NCBI GenBank assembly: GCA_002781185.1
Contig: PEUU01000020.1
Span: forward strand, 1 to 58,711
Reading direction: 5' to 3'
DNA from: Candidatus Jorgensenbacteria bacterium CG03_land_8_20_14_0_80_38_39
GTDB lineage: Bacteria > Patescibacteriota > Minisyncoccia > UBA6257 > GWB1-50-10
Length of the DNA: 58,711 nt
Shown here: positions 28,101 through 36,246 of the stretch, one piece after another
Layout: every line of letters begins with the position of its first letter
Numbering within the stretch: position 1 is the first letter of the stretch
Notes under the pieces: generated by a model
Told to the model about the DNA's origin: nothing
What the model saw: the letters and a program-made list of their open reading frames with translations, nothing else
Database searches by the model: none
Position numbers and translations under genes: made by a program

Positions 28101-28262
28101 TAGAGCAAAGCGAATTAAAAACTTTTTTGTTGTCCCAATAATCGTGCCTCGCTAATGTTCAGCACGATTTCGACAATAAATTTAATTAATCCACGCACAG
28201 CTTCCGCTACGCGTGCCTTGTTACGACTTCACCCATGTCACCGAGCTTACCCTAACCCAGCT

Positions 28263-28396
28263 TTTTGTTCTCAAGAACAAAAAGCGGCGCTGACTTACGT
28301 TGACTAAACGCTGACCCACGCAGAATTTCTTCCGCGTCGGTCTGCGTAATGTCTGCGTTCTTCCGCGAGCTTTTTGCGCTTCAGCGCAAAAAGCTG
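28263..28396 (-). other. 16S insertion 1, tip of helix 44 (about 134 nt, no ORF)
   Basis: It is flanked by cccagc/gctggg. Two terminal mini-hairpins (ctttttgttc-tcaa-gaacaaaaag and ctttttgcgc-ttca-gcgcaaaaag) enclose an imperfect hairpin of acgc/gcgt-rich units. Confidence 0.75.
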
Positions 28397-28764
28397 GGCT
28401 TTAGGTACTCCCGGCTCCCTTGGTGTGACGGGCAGTGAGTACAGGACTCGAGAACGTATTCACCGCGGCGTGCTGATCCGCGATTACTAGCGATTCCGGC
28501 TTCATGAGGGCGAGTTGCAGCCCTCAATTCGAACTGAGACCGAGTTTGATGGGATTAGCTCCGCCTTACGGCTTAGCAACCCATTGTCCCGGCCATTGTA
28601 ACATGAGTGTCGCCCAGGGCATCAAAGGGCCATGCTGATTTGACGTCGTCCTCACCTTCCTCCGTCTATACGACGGCAGTCTCTTCTGACACTTATAACA
28701 GAAGACAAGGGTTGCGCATGTTTCCCCATTGAAGGGAGCGCCTCACGGCACATGCTGACGGCCA

Positions 28765-29699
28765 TATTATTCCATTATTACTAATGGTATGGACTATACC
28801 ATCACCCTCTTCTTTTAAGAAAAAGAAGGGGGGACCGGCGTTTTATTCTTTATTTTACAAAAGAATAAAATCTCTAAGGTCTTTTTGAGATTAAGTCTCT
28901 ACGGGGTATGAATACTGATTTTTGTAATTTTAATGAATACGGAAAAATTAAGGAAAGAAATTTTTTAGTCTCTAATCTAGAAAAATACAAACAAAAAGTT
29001 TTAGCGCTATGATAATTATAGATTTTTATTCTCCGAAAACCTAACGATTGTATAAGTATTCTGTCTTGTTCTGCCTCCTCTTTATTGCTATAAACAATAC
29101 GACAATCGCTATAAAAATCTTTTGCCACAGAACCATCTCCATCAAATCTGCCTGCCATATAAGGCGAGATCAGTTTTCTGACAATAAAATTACTTAGATT
29201 ATTCTCTAATCCCTTAAATTCCCTCAACAAAGGACGACTATTTACATATAAATGATACGCTTTGGTGCGTCTTTTAAATTTATCTGGTCTGTAAATATAA
29301 AGTTTTAATCTTTTCTCGGGGAAAAATCTCAGAAAAAATTCACGAAATTTATCTATTAACAAAGTATTAGTATTACTTATACCAATACTACTTCCCCAAT
29401 AATAACCATCTGCGCACCACAAACCTAATATATAAGCATCGTCTTTTGTCTTAAAATTCCAAAAATCAGTATTCATACTTCCCACGGTATTACCCATCTG
29501 TTCGCTTCGCGAACACGCTGATTTACGCTGATTAATACGCTGATAAACGCTGATAAAAATTCCGCGTAAATCCGCGTCAGCGCCAAAGGCGCTAAAATCC
29601 GCGTTTATCCGTGTGTTTTACGAAGTAAAATGATTAGGGCTTCACCGTTATGAGCCAGTTTTTCATTCTAAATTTCTCTAGAATGGGTCGACATTTCAA
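28765..29699 (-). mobile_element. 16S insertion 2 (E. coli position about 1050), about 935 nt intron-like element with LAGLIDADG ORF
   Basis: The conserved ctgacggccat | … | catgcagcacctgt is split, and the boundary is ambiguous by the 4-nt ccat repeat. The insertion contains several hairpins and an acgctgat/atccgcgt repeat block at 29515-29613. Confidence 0.75.
28874..29497 (-). CDS. LAGLIDADG homing endonuclease (inside the 16S insertion)
   Basis: 207 aa with two LAGLIDADG-like motifs (ILGLWCADGYYWG and YMAGRFDGDGSV). It is on the same strand as the rRNA. Confidence 0.8.
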   Translation of the reverse strand: MGNTVGSMNTDFWNFKTKDDAYILGLWCADGYYWGSSIGISNTNTLLIDKFREFFLRFFPEKRLKLYIYRPDKFKRRTKAYHLYVNSRPLLREFKGLENNLSNFIVRKLISPYMAGRFDGDGSVAKDFYSDCRIVYSNKEEAEQDRILIQSLGFRRIKIYNYHSAKTFCLYFSRLETKKFLSLIFPYSLKLQKSVFIPRRDLISKRP

Positions 29700-29839
29700 C
29701 CATGCAGCACCTGTCCCGGCGTCCTTGAAAGAAAATTTTCCTTTCGGAAAATCGTCACCGGGATTTCAAGCCCTGGTAAGGTTCCTCGCTTACCATCGAA
29801 TTAAACCTCATGTTCCACCGCTTGTGCGAGTCCCCGTCT

Positions 29840-29871
<32 letters not shown>

Positions 29872-29967
29872 TCCCAGGCGGTCCACTTAATGCGTTAGCT
29901 ACGCCACTCCGAGGGTCGATACTCGAAACAGCTAGTGGACATCGTTTAGGGCGTGGACTACAAGGGT

Positions 29968-30337
29968 CAAGTTGTTACTTCGTAACAATCGCAGACTTAC
30001 GCTGACTTCACGCTGACTTACGCAGAAGTAAACGTAGACACGAGTTACGCGACACAGACATTTCTGCTGTGTTCTGTATATCGCTATACAGGTCGGACTA
30101 TATCTTCACCCGTTTAAATTTTACTTGTGTAAAATTTTGACGGGGTTTGGCGTGTAGTCTCTACGGAGTCCTGTTAGTCATAACAGGTTCCCTCGGTGTT
30201 TTCCATAAAATGGATTTTCACCGATATAGCCAAATTACACTTTAATATTGCTACTAAATGAGACACCATTGTTGCTTCGTGTCCGCGTCAGTCCGCGTTA
30301 AGTCCGCGTCTGTCTGCGGTTTCGCGAAGCGAAACGT
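29968..30337 (-). other. 16S insertion 3, within the 785-806 block (about 370 nt, no ORF)
   Basis: It splits ggactacaagggt | atctaatcc. The ends carry inverted GCGT-rich repeat arms (29989-30035 versus 30279-30320) and terminal mini-hairpins (gttgttac-ttc-gtaacaa and gtttcgc-gaa-gcgaaac). Confidence 0.75.
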
Positions 30338-30653
30338 ATCTAATCCTTTTTGCTCCCCACGCTTTCGCGCCTCAGGGTCAGGAACGTCCCAGCAGAATGC
30401 CTTCGCCTTTGGTGTTCCAGCCGATATCAACGGATTTCACCCCTACACCGGCTGTTCCATCTGCCTCTAACGCCCTCAATCCCGCTCATCTCTTCAGCGG
30501 CCTTAGGGTTAAGCCCTAAGATTTAACTGAAGATGCAGCGGGACCCCTACGCGCCCTTTACGCCCAATAAATCCGGATAACGCTTGGGGCCTTCGTATTA
30601 CCGCGGCTGCTGGCACGAAGTTTGCCACCCCTTATTCTATTCCTACTATCAAT

Positions 30654-30789
30654 CGTGTCTCGCTATCGCTCATCACCTTACGATTCCAAACTACGAATGC
30701 ATCCGAATCTACGAAAATAAATTTCAAATTTGTAGATTCGCATCAATTTGTAGTTTTGGATCGGTAGTGTCGAACAATAGTGAGACACG
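30654..30789 (-). other. 16S insertion 4, V3 region (about 136-nt hairpin)
   Basis: The outer stem is cgtgtctc…gagacacg. The inner arms are gattccaaactacgaatgcatccgaatctacgaa (30682-30715) and its imperfect complement (30729-30763). Confidence 0.7.
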
Positions 30790-31044
30790 ACTTTATCGGA
30801 ATAAAAAGCAGTTTACAACCCTAGGGCCTTCATCCTGCACGCGGCGTCGCTCGATCAGGCTTTCGCCCATTGTCGAATATTCTCGACTGCTGCCTCCCGT
30901 AGGAGTACGTTCCGTGTCTCAGTAACGTCGTTGGGGAATAGCCTCTCAGCTCCCCTACCCGTCGTCGCCTTGGTGGGCCATTACCTCACCAACAAGCTGA
31001 TAGGACCTAGGCCGCTCCCGAAGCGACTTGCGTCTTTACTGGTA

Positions 31045-31205
31045 ATTGGATTTTATTCGCAAGTCGCTTCAGAATTTCTAATTTCTAATTTTTAATTTCT
31101 AATAAATGATTTAATGACTTAATGTTTAAAAATTAAATCACTAAAAATTGATTGAAAATTTAAAATTGAAAATTGAAAATTGAAGAACTTGTAAACAAAA
31201 TCCAA
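31045..31205 (-). other. 16S insertion 5, helix 10 / V2 region (about 160 nt)
   Basis: The stem is ctggtaattggatttt / aaaatccaactaccag. The arms are heptamer arrays aatttct x4 and attgaaa x5. Confidence 0.65.
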
Positions 31206-31295
31206 CTACCAGACTATAGGATATTACCCAATCTTTCGACTGGCTATTTCCTACTTTGGGGTATGTACCAAGGTGTTACTAACTCGTTCGCCACT

Positions 31296-31730
31296 GTCAG
31301 ACATCAGACATTAGAAATCGGATTTCGGATTTTTTGAATTAATGAATTAATTTGTTTTGATTCCACTTTATATTCTTCGATTAATGCATCGCAATTTCCA
31401 CAATTTACATTGGAAAAGTTTAAAATTCTTATCTGCCACAAATGCGTAATTGTTTCATCTGAGGAACCAAGCGCCATATAAAGAAAACGTTTGAATTCGT
31501 TTTGCGAGTTCTTTTTTGCGAATCCCTCAGTAATCTGAGCGGAAATCGCTTTGGCTGAATTACAAACTTGAGATTTTAATTCAAATTCGTTTCGTGGCAA
31601 TTGATTTACCAGTTCATAAATTCTCGGCAATAAATCCATTGCCCTTTTATAAATTTGTAATTCCGTTACGTCTTTCATTAAATCCAATTATATCACCCGA
31701 AATCTGAACTCTGAAGTCTGATATCTGACC
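31296..31730 (-). mobile_element. 16S insertion 6, helix 6 / V1 (about 435 nt) carrying a four-helix-bundle ORF
   Basis: It splits cgttcgccact | cgttcgacttgcatg. Inverted arms gtcagacatcagacattagaaatcggatttcgg (31296-) and ccgaaatctgaactctgaagtctgatatctgac (-31730) can form a long stem around the ORF. Confidence 0.8.
31304..31687 (-). CDS. Four-helix-bundle protein of the 23S rRNA intervening-sequence protein family
   Basis: 127 aa. IYKRAMDLLPRIYELVNQLPRNEFELKSQVCNSAKAISAQITEGFAK…GSSDETITHL resembles the S23p / IVS four-helix-bundle family. It is paralogous to 43238-43621. Confidence 0.75.
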   Translation of the reverse strand: MDLMKDVTELQIYKRAMDLLPRIYELVNQLPRNEFELKSQVCNSAKAISAQITEGFAKKNSQNEFKRFLYMALGSSDETITHLWQIRILNFSNVNCGNCDALIEEYKVESKQINSLIQKIRNPISNV

Positions 31731-31956
31731 GTTCGACTTGCATGCCTTATCCACGCCGCCAGCGTTCATCCTGGACCAGGATCAAATCCTCTAAGAAATG
31801 CGGATGAACGCAGATATATACGCAGATAAACACAGATAAACAAGTTATCCGCGTAGACCCGCGTTTTAATCCACGTAAATCCGCGTCAAAATTGGGACAA
31901 CAAAAAAATCTTTAATTTTTAATTGTAAATGTTCATTCAGCATCATTCCGAATATC

Positions 31957-31984
31957 AGTATAAGAGGTAAAAAAGACTTGTCAA
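31957..31984 (-). promoter_or_regulatory. Candidate sigma70 promoter for the 16S gene
   Basis: On the minus strand it reads TTGACA-16 nt-TATACT, about 150 nt upstream of the mature 5' end. The leader contains a hairpin of acgcagat/atccgcgt units (31799-31888). Confidence 0.55.
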
Positions 31985-32006
31985 GTATTAAAAACTGCAT
32001 TAATAT
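31978..32006 (+). promoter_or_regulatory. Candidate sigma70 promoter for rpmE, back-to-back with the 16S promoter
   Basis: TTGTCA-17 nt-TAATAT. Its -35 overlaps the -35 of the divergent promoter within the palindromic cttgtcaag. Confidence 0.5.
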
Positions 32007-32038
32007 ATAAATAACCGAGTAGGGCCAAAAAAATTATT

Positions 32039-32356
32039 ATGAAAAAAGACATTCATCCACAATATTATCCCAAAGCTAAGGTTCGCTGCGTTTGCGGCAA
32101 CACTTTTACGGTTGGTTCAACCAAACCGGAAATTAATATTGAAATTTGCAGCAAGTGCCATCCTTTTTATACCGGCAGTCAGAAATTAATTGACATCGCC
32201 GGAAGAGTGGAACGGTTTAAGGCAAGAAGAGCGAAGGCAACAGTCAAAAATCCCGCCCGCGCGCAAGCTTCGGCCTTCGGCCGACGAAGTCGGCGCAAGC
32301 AAAAATCTCCATCAAAGGCGAATCCGCCTCTGATAAAAAGTCAAAAGGCAAAATGA
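32039..32356 (+). CDS. rpmE: 50S ribosomal protein bL31 with about 35-aa basic C-terminal extension
   Basis: [10 protein letters not shown]…CVCGNTF…[10 protein letters not shown]. The extension is encoded by the GC-rich hairpin-forming stretch 32255-32330. Confidence 0.9.
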   Translation: MKKDIHPQYYPKAKVRCVCGNTFTVGSTKPEINIEICSKCHPFYTGSQKLIDIAGRVERFKARRAKATVKNPARAQASAFGRRSRRKQKSPSKANPPLIKSQKAK

Positions 32357-32442
32357 CCCGCAGCGTCACATAGAATTTAAATGTTATCCTTCGGGCTCGC
32401 GCCCTCAGGATGACAACAAAGTTGTCATTTTAAATTAACTTT

Positions 32443-33099
32443 ATGGAACTCCCTGTTAAAAACAGAAACATTTTTGGTAAAAAGACAAAATCGTTGCGGA
32501 AAAACGGCTTTATTCCGGCTGAATTATACGGCCATAAAATTTCAAACCGGCACCTCAGCGTCTCTTTAAAAGAATTTGCTAAAATTTATAAAACCAGCGG
32601 CGAACAAGCCGGTCTTGTTAATTTAATAACCGAAGATAATGAAAAAATACCGGTTTTAATAACCAACATTCAAACTGACCCGCTTTCTAAAGAATTTTTA
32701 AATATTGATTTCTATCGGGTAAAAACCGGTGAAGCTATTAAGACCAAAATCCCGGTCCATTTTCTTAATGAGGCTCCGGCTGTTAAAGAAGGTTTTATTT
32801 TAATCAAAGTCTTGGATGAAATTGAAATAGAAACCCTGCCTCAAGATATTCCCCAAAATTTTGAAGTTGACTTAAGTCCTCTGAGAGAACTTAATCAAAG
32901 TATTCACGTTAAAGATTTAAAAACCAAAGGCGGGGTTAAAATTCTTAATGACAGCGAAGCAGTTATTGCTATCATTACCGAGCGTAAGGAAGAAGCGGCG
33001 CCGCCCTCGCCACCGGCTGAAACGGCTCCCACCACTCCCACTCCGGCAACTCCAATTGCCGGCGCTCCTCCATCAGCCGAATCCTCTAAAAAATCTTAG
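32443..33099 (+). CDS. rplY: 50S ribosomal protein bL25 / Ctc form
   Basis: 218 aa with two-domain Ctc-type architecture and a Pro/Ala/Thr-rich tail. Confidence 0.8.
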   Translation: MELPVKNRNIFGKKTKSLRKNGFIPAELYGHKISNRHLSVSLKEFAKIYKTSGEQAGLVNLITEDNEKIPVLITNIQTDPLSKEFLNIDFYRVKTGEAIKTKIPVHFLNEAPAVKEGFILIKVLDEIEIETLPQDIPQNFEVDLSPLRELNQSIHVKDLKTKGGVKILNDSEAVIAIITERKEEAAPPSPPAETAPTTPTPATPIAGAPPSAESSKKS

Positions 33100-33110
33100 T
33101 TAAATAATTT

Positions 33111-34529
33111 ATGGAAAAATTTCCCAAGCCGAAAAGGCTTATTGACATTAACGCCTCCTTGCCTAAGCGGCTTAATCTTTTTTCCCGGCGCAGTGTCAAA
33201 TTACCTCTAATTAAGGGGGTAAAAATATTTTTTATAATTTCCGCTGTTTCATTTCTCCTTGGTTTGGTTCAAGCCCCCAGCAATACTAACTATATTTCCT
33301 CGGCTCAAGGCATTCAATCTGCCGAACAGGAACGCATGGTTTTGGAGCAACAACTTAAAGAGTTGGAAAAACAAATGGAGGAATACCAAGGCCAAATTGA
33401 GACTTACCAAACCAAAGGCAAAACTTTAAAAAATGAAATCGCTATTTTAGAAGCGAAAATTAAAAAACTCAATCTTCAAATAAAATCCATAGAAATCAAC
33501 TTAGCCAACCTTAAACAAGATATTGCCAGCGCCCAAACCAAAATCAATTCAACGGAAATAAAAATAGAAAGTCAAAAAAAAGCTTTGACTTATTCTTTGC
33601 TGAATATTTATGAAACCGACGAACAAAGTCTAATAGAAATACTTTTAGTTAATAAAAAACTTTCTGATTTTTTTGGAAGTTTAAACAATATGATGCTCGT
33701 TCAGCAAACCCTGAGGGTCAACCTGGATGACATCATCAAACTTCGCCAAGATTTAGTTGACCAAAAACAAGAATTAGCTTTAGAAAAAACAGACATTGAA
33801 AATTTAAAGGCTTACCAGTTAGCCCAAAAACAAGGCATTCAAGGAATCAAAACCACCAAAAATAAGCTTTTAAAAACCACCAAGGGCAAGGAATCCGAAT
33901 ACCAAAAACTTCTCAAAAACACCAAAGAAACGGCCGCTCAAATTAGAAGCCGAATCTTTGAGCTCTTAGGCGGCGGCGAATTAAGTTTTGAAAAAGCTTA
34001 TGAATATGCTCGTTTGGCTGAACAAACCACCGGCGTGAAAGCGGCTTTAATTCTGGCGGTCTTGGACAGAGAAACTCTTCTCGGAAAAAATGTCGGCCGC
34101 TGCAATTATAAAAATTCTATGAAACCTTCGGAAAAGCCGATTTTCCTGGCCTTAATAAGCTCACTCAATATTAACCCCGACAACATCACTGTTTCTTGCG
34201 CTAATCAAGATGGCTATTATGGCGGGGCGATGGGACCGGCCCAGTTTTTGCCTTCAACTTGGAAAAAGTATCAAGAACGAATCGCTCAAATTACCCATAA
34301 TGCCATTCCTTCTCCCTGGAATAATGCCGACGCTTTCGTAGCCGCCGCTCTTTATCTAAAAGACGCCGGCGGAGACAGTTCATCTTTGGCCGGACAACGC
34401 GCTGCCGCGGCTAAATATTATGCCGGCAATCGCTGGCAAAGCTATCTTTGGAGTTACGGCGACCGAGTAGTGACAACAGCTCAAAAATTCCAAAAAGATA
34501 TAGATATTTTGGTTCAAAACGGTTCTTAA
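33111..34529 (+). CDS. Membrane-anchored coiled-coil protein with C-terminal lytic transglycosylase-like domain
   Basis: 472 aa with a TM segment near residue 40, a long heptad-rich region (about residues 70-260) and the motif GAMGPAQFLPSTW typical of MltB/SLT_2-type enzymes. Confidence 0.65.
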   Translation: MEKFPKPKRLIDINASLPKRLNLFSRRSVKLPLIKGVKIFFIISAVSFLLGLVQAPSNTNYISSAQGIQSAEQERMVLEQQLKELEKQMEEYQGQIETYQTKGKTLKNEIAILEAKIKKLNLQIKSIEINLANLKQDIASAQTKINSTEIKIESQKKALTYSLLNIYETDEQSLIEILLVNKKLSDFFGSLNNMMLVQQTLRVNLDDIIKLRQDLVDQKQELALEKTDIENLKAYQLAQKQGIQGIKTTKNKLLKTTKGKESEYQKLLKNTKETAAQIRSRIFELLGGGELSFEKAYEYARLAEQTTGVKAALILAVLDRETLLGKNVGRCNYKNSMKPSEKPIFLALISSLNINPDNITVSCANQDGYYGGAMGPAQFLPSTWKKYQERIAQITHNAIPSPWNNADAFVAAALYLKDAGGDSSSLAGQRAAAAKYYAGNRWQSYLWSYGDRVVTTAQKFQKDIDILVQNGS

Positions 34530-34530
34530 T

Positions 34531-34655
34531 TGACAGTTTCGCTGTCACCCATCGTCGTTTCGCTTCTCAGGATGACAGTTTCGCTGTCAGTTGAGAGATC
34601 CTTCGTCGTGGAATTTAGATGACAGTTTCGCTGTCAGTTGACAGCGAAGCTGTCA
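34531..34655. repeat. Cluster of four gacag…ctgtc mini-hairpins plus a copy of the 26536 repeat
   Basis: tgacagtttcgctgtca occurs at 34531, 34573 and 34620, and tgacagcgaagctgtca at 34639 followed by ttttt. gatccttcgtcgtggaatttagatga (34598-34623) is identical to 26536-26561. The cluster lies between convergent genes and likely acts as a terminator. Confidence 0.8.
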
Positions 34656-35402
34656 GTTTTTGAGGGCCTTAATAATCGGTTCCAATTCTCCATTTAGAAT
34701 ATTTTCTATATTGTGCCACTTCTTATTAATTCGGTGGTCAGTAATTCGGTCTTGAGGAAAATTATAAGTCCGAATTTTTTCCTCTCTTTCCGCCCAACCA
34801 ACTTGCTCTTTCCTTAAAGCGTCTATTTTTTGCTCTTCAGCGGTTTTTTGAATTTCATAAAATTTGGCTCTTAAAATATTCATTGCTAATTCTTTGTTTC
34901 TGGCTTGCGACCGTTCGCTTTGAGAAGCTACCACTAGACCGCTGGGGATGTGTCGGATTCTAACAGCGGTTTCCACTTTATTGACATTTTGGCCGCCCGG
35001 CCCGGAGGAATGAAAAAAGGTAATCTCCAGGTCTTGAGGATTTATTTGAATTTCTTTTGGCTCAACTTCCGGTAATATTGCCACCGAAACTGTAGAAGTA
35101 TGAATTCGGCCGGATTTTTCTGTCTCGGGAACCCGCTGAACCCGATGAACTCCGGATTCGTTTTTCAAAATCTCATAGAGATTTTGTCCTGAGCTCGTCG
35201 AAGGACTACTTATTTCGGCAATTAAAGTTTTATAACCTTTTAAAGAACTTTGGCTATAATCCAAAATAATAAACTGCCAACCTTTTTTGACGGCGTATTT
35301 TTGATACATCCGGCCTAAATCACCGGCAAAAAGCGCTGCTTCCTCGCCGCCGGTGCCAGCGCGAATTTCTAAAATAATTTTACTAATTGATTTTGATTCC
35401 AT
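34653..35402 (-). CDS. prfA: Class I peptide chain release factor, RF1-like, lacking N-terminal domain 1
   Basis: 249 aa. It starts at the RF domain-2 motif ILEIRAGTGGEEAALFAGDL. It has an RF1-type tripeptide position (RVPETE) and the GGQ motif (SGPGGQNVNK). The 243 bp upstream are non-coding repeats. Confidence 0.8.
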   Translation of the reverse strand: MESKSISKIILEIRAGTGGEEAALFAGDLGRMYQKYAVKKGWQFIILDYSQSSLKGYKTLIAEISSPSTSSGQNLYEILKNESGVHRVQRVPETEKSGRIHTSTVSVAILPEVEPKEIQINPQDLEITFFHSSGPGGQNVNKVETAVRIRHIPSGLVVASQSERSQARNKELAMNILRAKFYEIQKTAEEQKIDALRKEQVGWAEREEKIRTYNFPQDRITDHRINKKWHNIENILNGELEPIIKALKN

Positions 35403-35480
35403 TTAATCTCTATTTAAACAAAAAACTCAAAAAATAGAAAGGGCTTGTAAAAAATACAAGAGCTTTCAAGAAAAACGACA

Positions 35481-35520
35481 AAATCCCTATATTTAACACC
35501 AAATCCCTATATTTAACGCC
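35481..35520. repeat. 20-bp direct repeat x2
   Basis: aaatccctatatttaacRcc occurs twice. taaactcgac also occurs twice, at 35601 and 35625. Confidence 0.85.
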
Positions 35521-35542
35521 AAGAAAACGCCAGAACCGCCAT

Positions 35543-35576
35543 CCTCAAAACTGTAACATATGTTACAGTTTTGAGG
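35543..35576. repeat. Perfect 34-bp palindrome downstream of PaaX-like paralog A
   Basis: cctcaaaactgtaacatatgttacagttttgagg. Confidence 0.95.
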
Positions 35577-35645
35577 CACTATCTCTACCTCGATACCATC
35601 TAAACTCGACGATGTTATTTCTCTTAAACTCGACAGCGCTATTTT

Positions 35646-36152
35646 TTATTTAACATTAAAACGCCTTTTTAGCTCGTCAGCGCCCTCAATGATATCCACA
35701 ATCATCGGCAGGCAATATTTCTCTATTTTCTGTTCCACAATCCATTCCCAGACATCTGCGGCTAACTTCTGAGATCCTAACCATACGCTTTTCTGCAAGG
35801 GAATAAAATTGTATGCCCTCAATAACCTTGTAAGGGCGATTCTTTTGGAGTTAAAATTCACCGGAATATCAAAACTCAATATGTACCATTGCCCTTTTTC
35901 ATTAAATACTGGGACGGCCGGGTGATAACGACGAAACAGTTTTTTGCCGCTGGGGGTAAGGATAATCTTTTTTTGATGCGCCTGAAGAAAACCTCGTTCA
36001 ATGAGTCGTTTTAAACTTTGACGCAAATATTTTTTTCGTCTGTGACGCTCAATAAATTCCTCAACAAGAAACGTTCCCGCTTCACCAAGGTCAGAGAAAA
36101 ATTCGCTCCACTCGCGTATATGTCTTCGAGCATCTCGTGATGTTTTAGCCAT
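35646..36152 (-). CDS. PaaX-like protein: winged HTH + Cas2-like ferredoxin-fold domain (paralog A)
   Basis: The ATG at 36152 is preferred (the track start at 36170 is a TTG inside the palindrome). The wHTH segment is LKRLIERGFLQAHQKKIILTPSGKKLF. The Cas2/PaaX-central-like motif is WYILSFDIPVNFNSKRIALTRLLRAYNFIPLQKSVWLG. Confidence 0.6.
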   Translation of the reverse strand: MAKTSRDARRHIREWSEFFSDLGEAGTFLVEEFIERHRRKKYLRQSLKRLIERGFLQAHQKKIILTPSGKKLFRRYHPAVPVFNEKGQWYILSFDIPVNFNSKRIALTRLLRAYNFIPLQKSVWLGSQKLAADVWEWIVEQKIEKYCLPMIVDIIEGADELKRRFNVK

Positions 36153-36164
36153 AATAATTGCTAT

Positions 36165-36198
36165 CCTCAATATTGTATCATATGATACAAGATTGAGG
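36165..36198. promoter_or_regulatory. 34-bp palindrome (one mismatched pair) 13 nt upstream of paralog A; candidate operator
   Basis: cctcaatattgtatcatatgatacaagattgagg shares the frame CCTCAA-N3-TGTA-N-CATATG-N-TACA-N3-TTGAGG with 35543-35576. Confidence 0.6.
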
Positions 36199-36246
36199 AA
36201 ACAAAAAAATTATAAAAACCATGGAAGATTTGTTTAATTTGTTTAA

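Noticed and set aside
35184-35210. Possible 5-aa repeat-derived insertion (PSTSS) in prfA, with weak similarity to tccttcgtcg / ctcaggatgaca repeats
   Set aside because: The similarity spans only about 10 nt in two pieces. It cannot be separated from chance without statistics and ortholog alignment.
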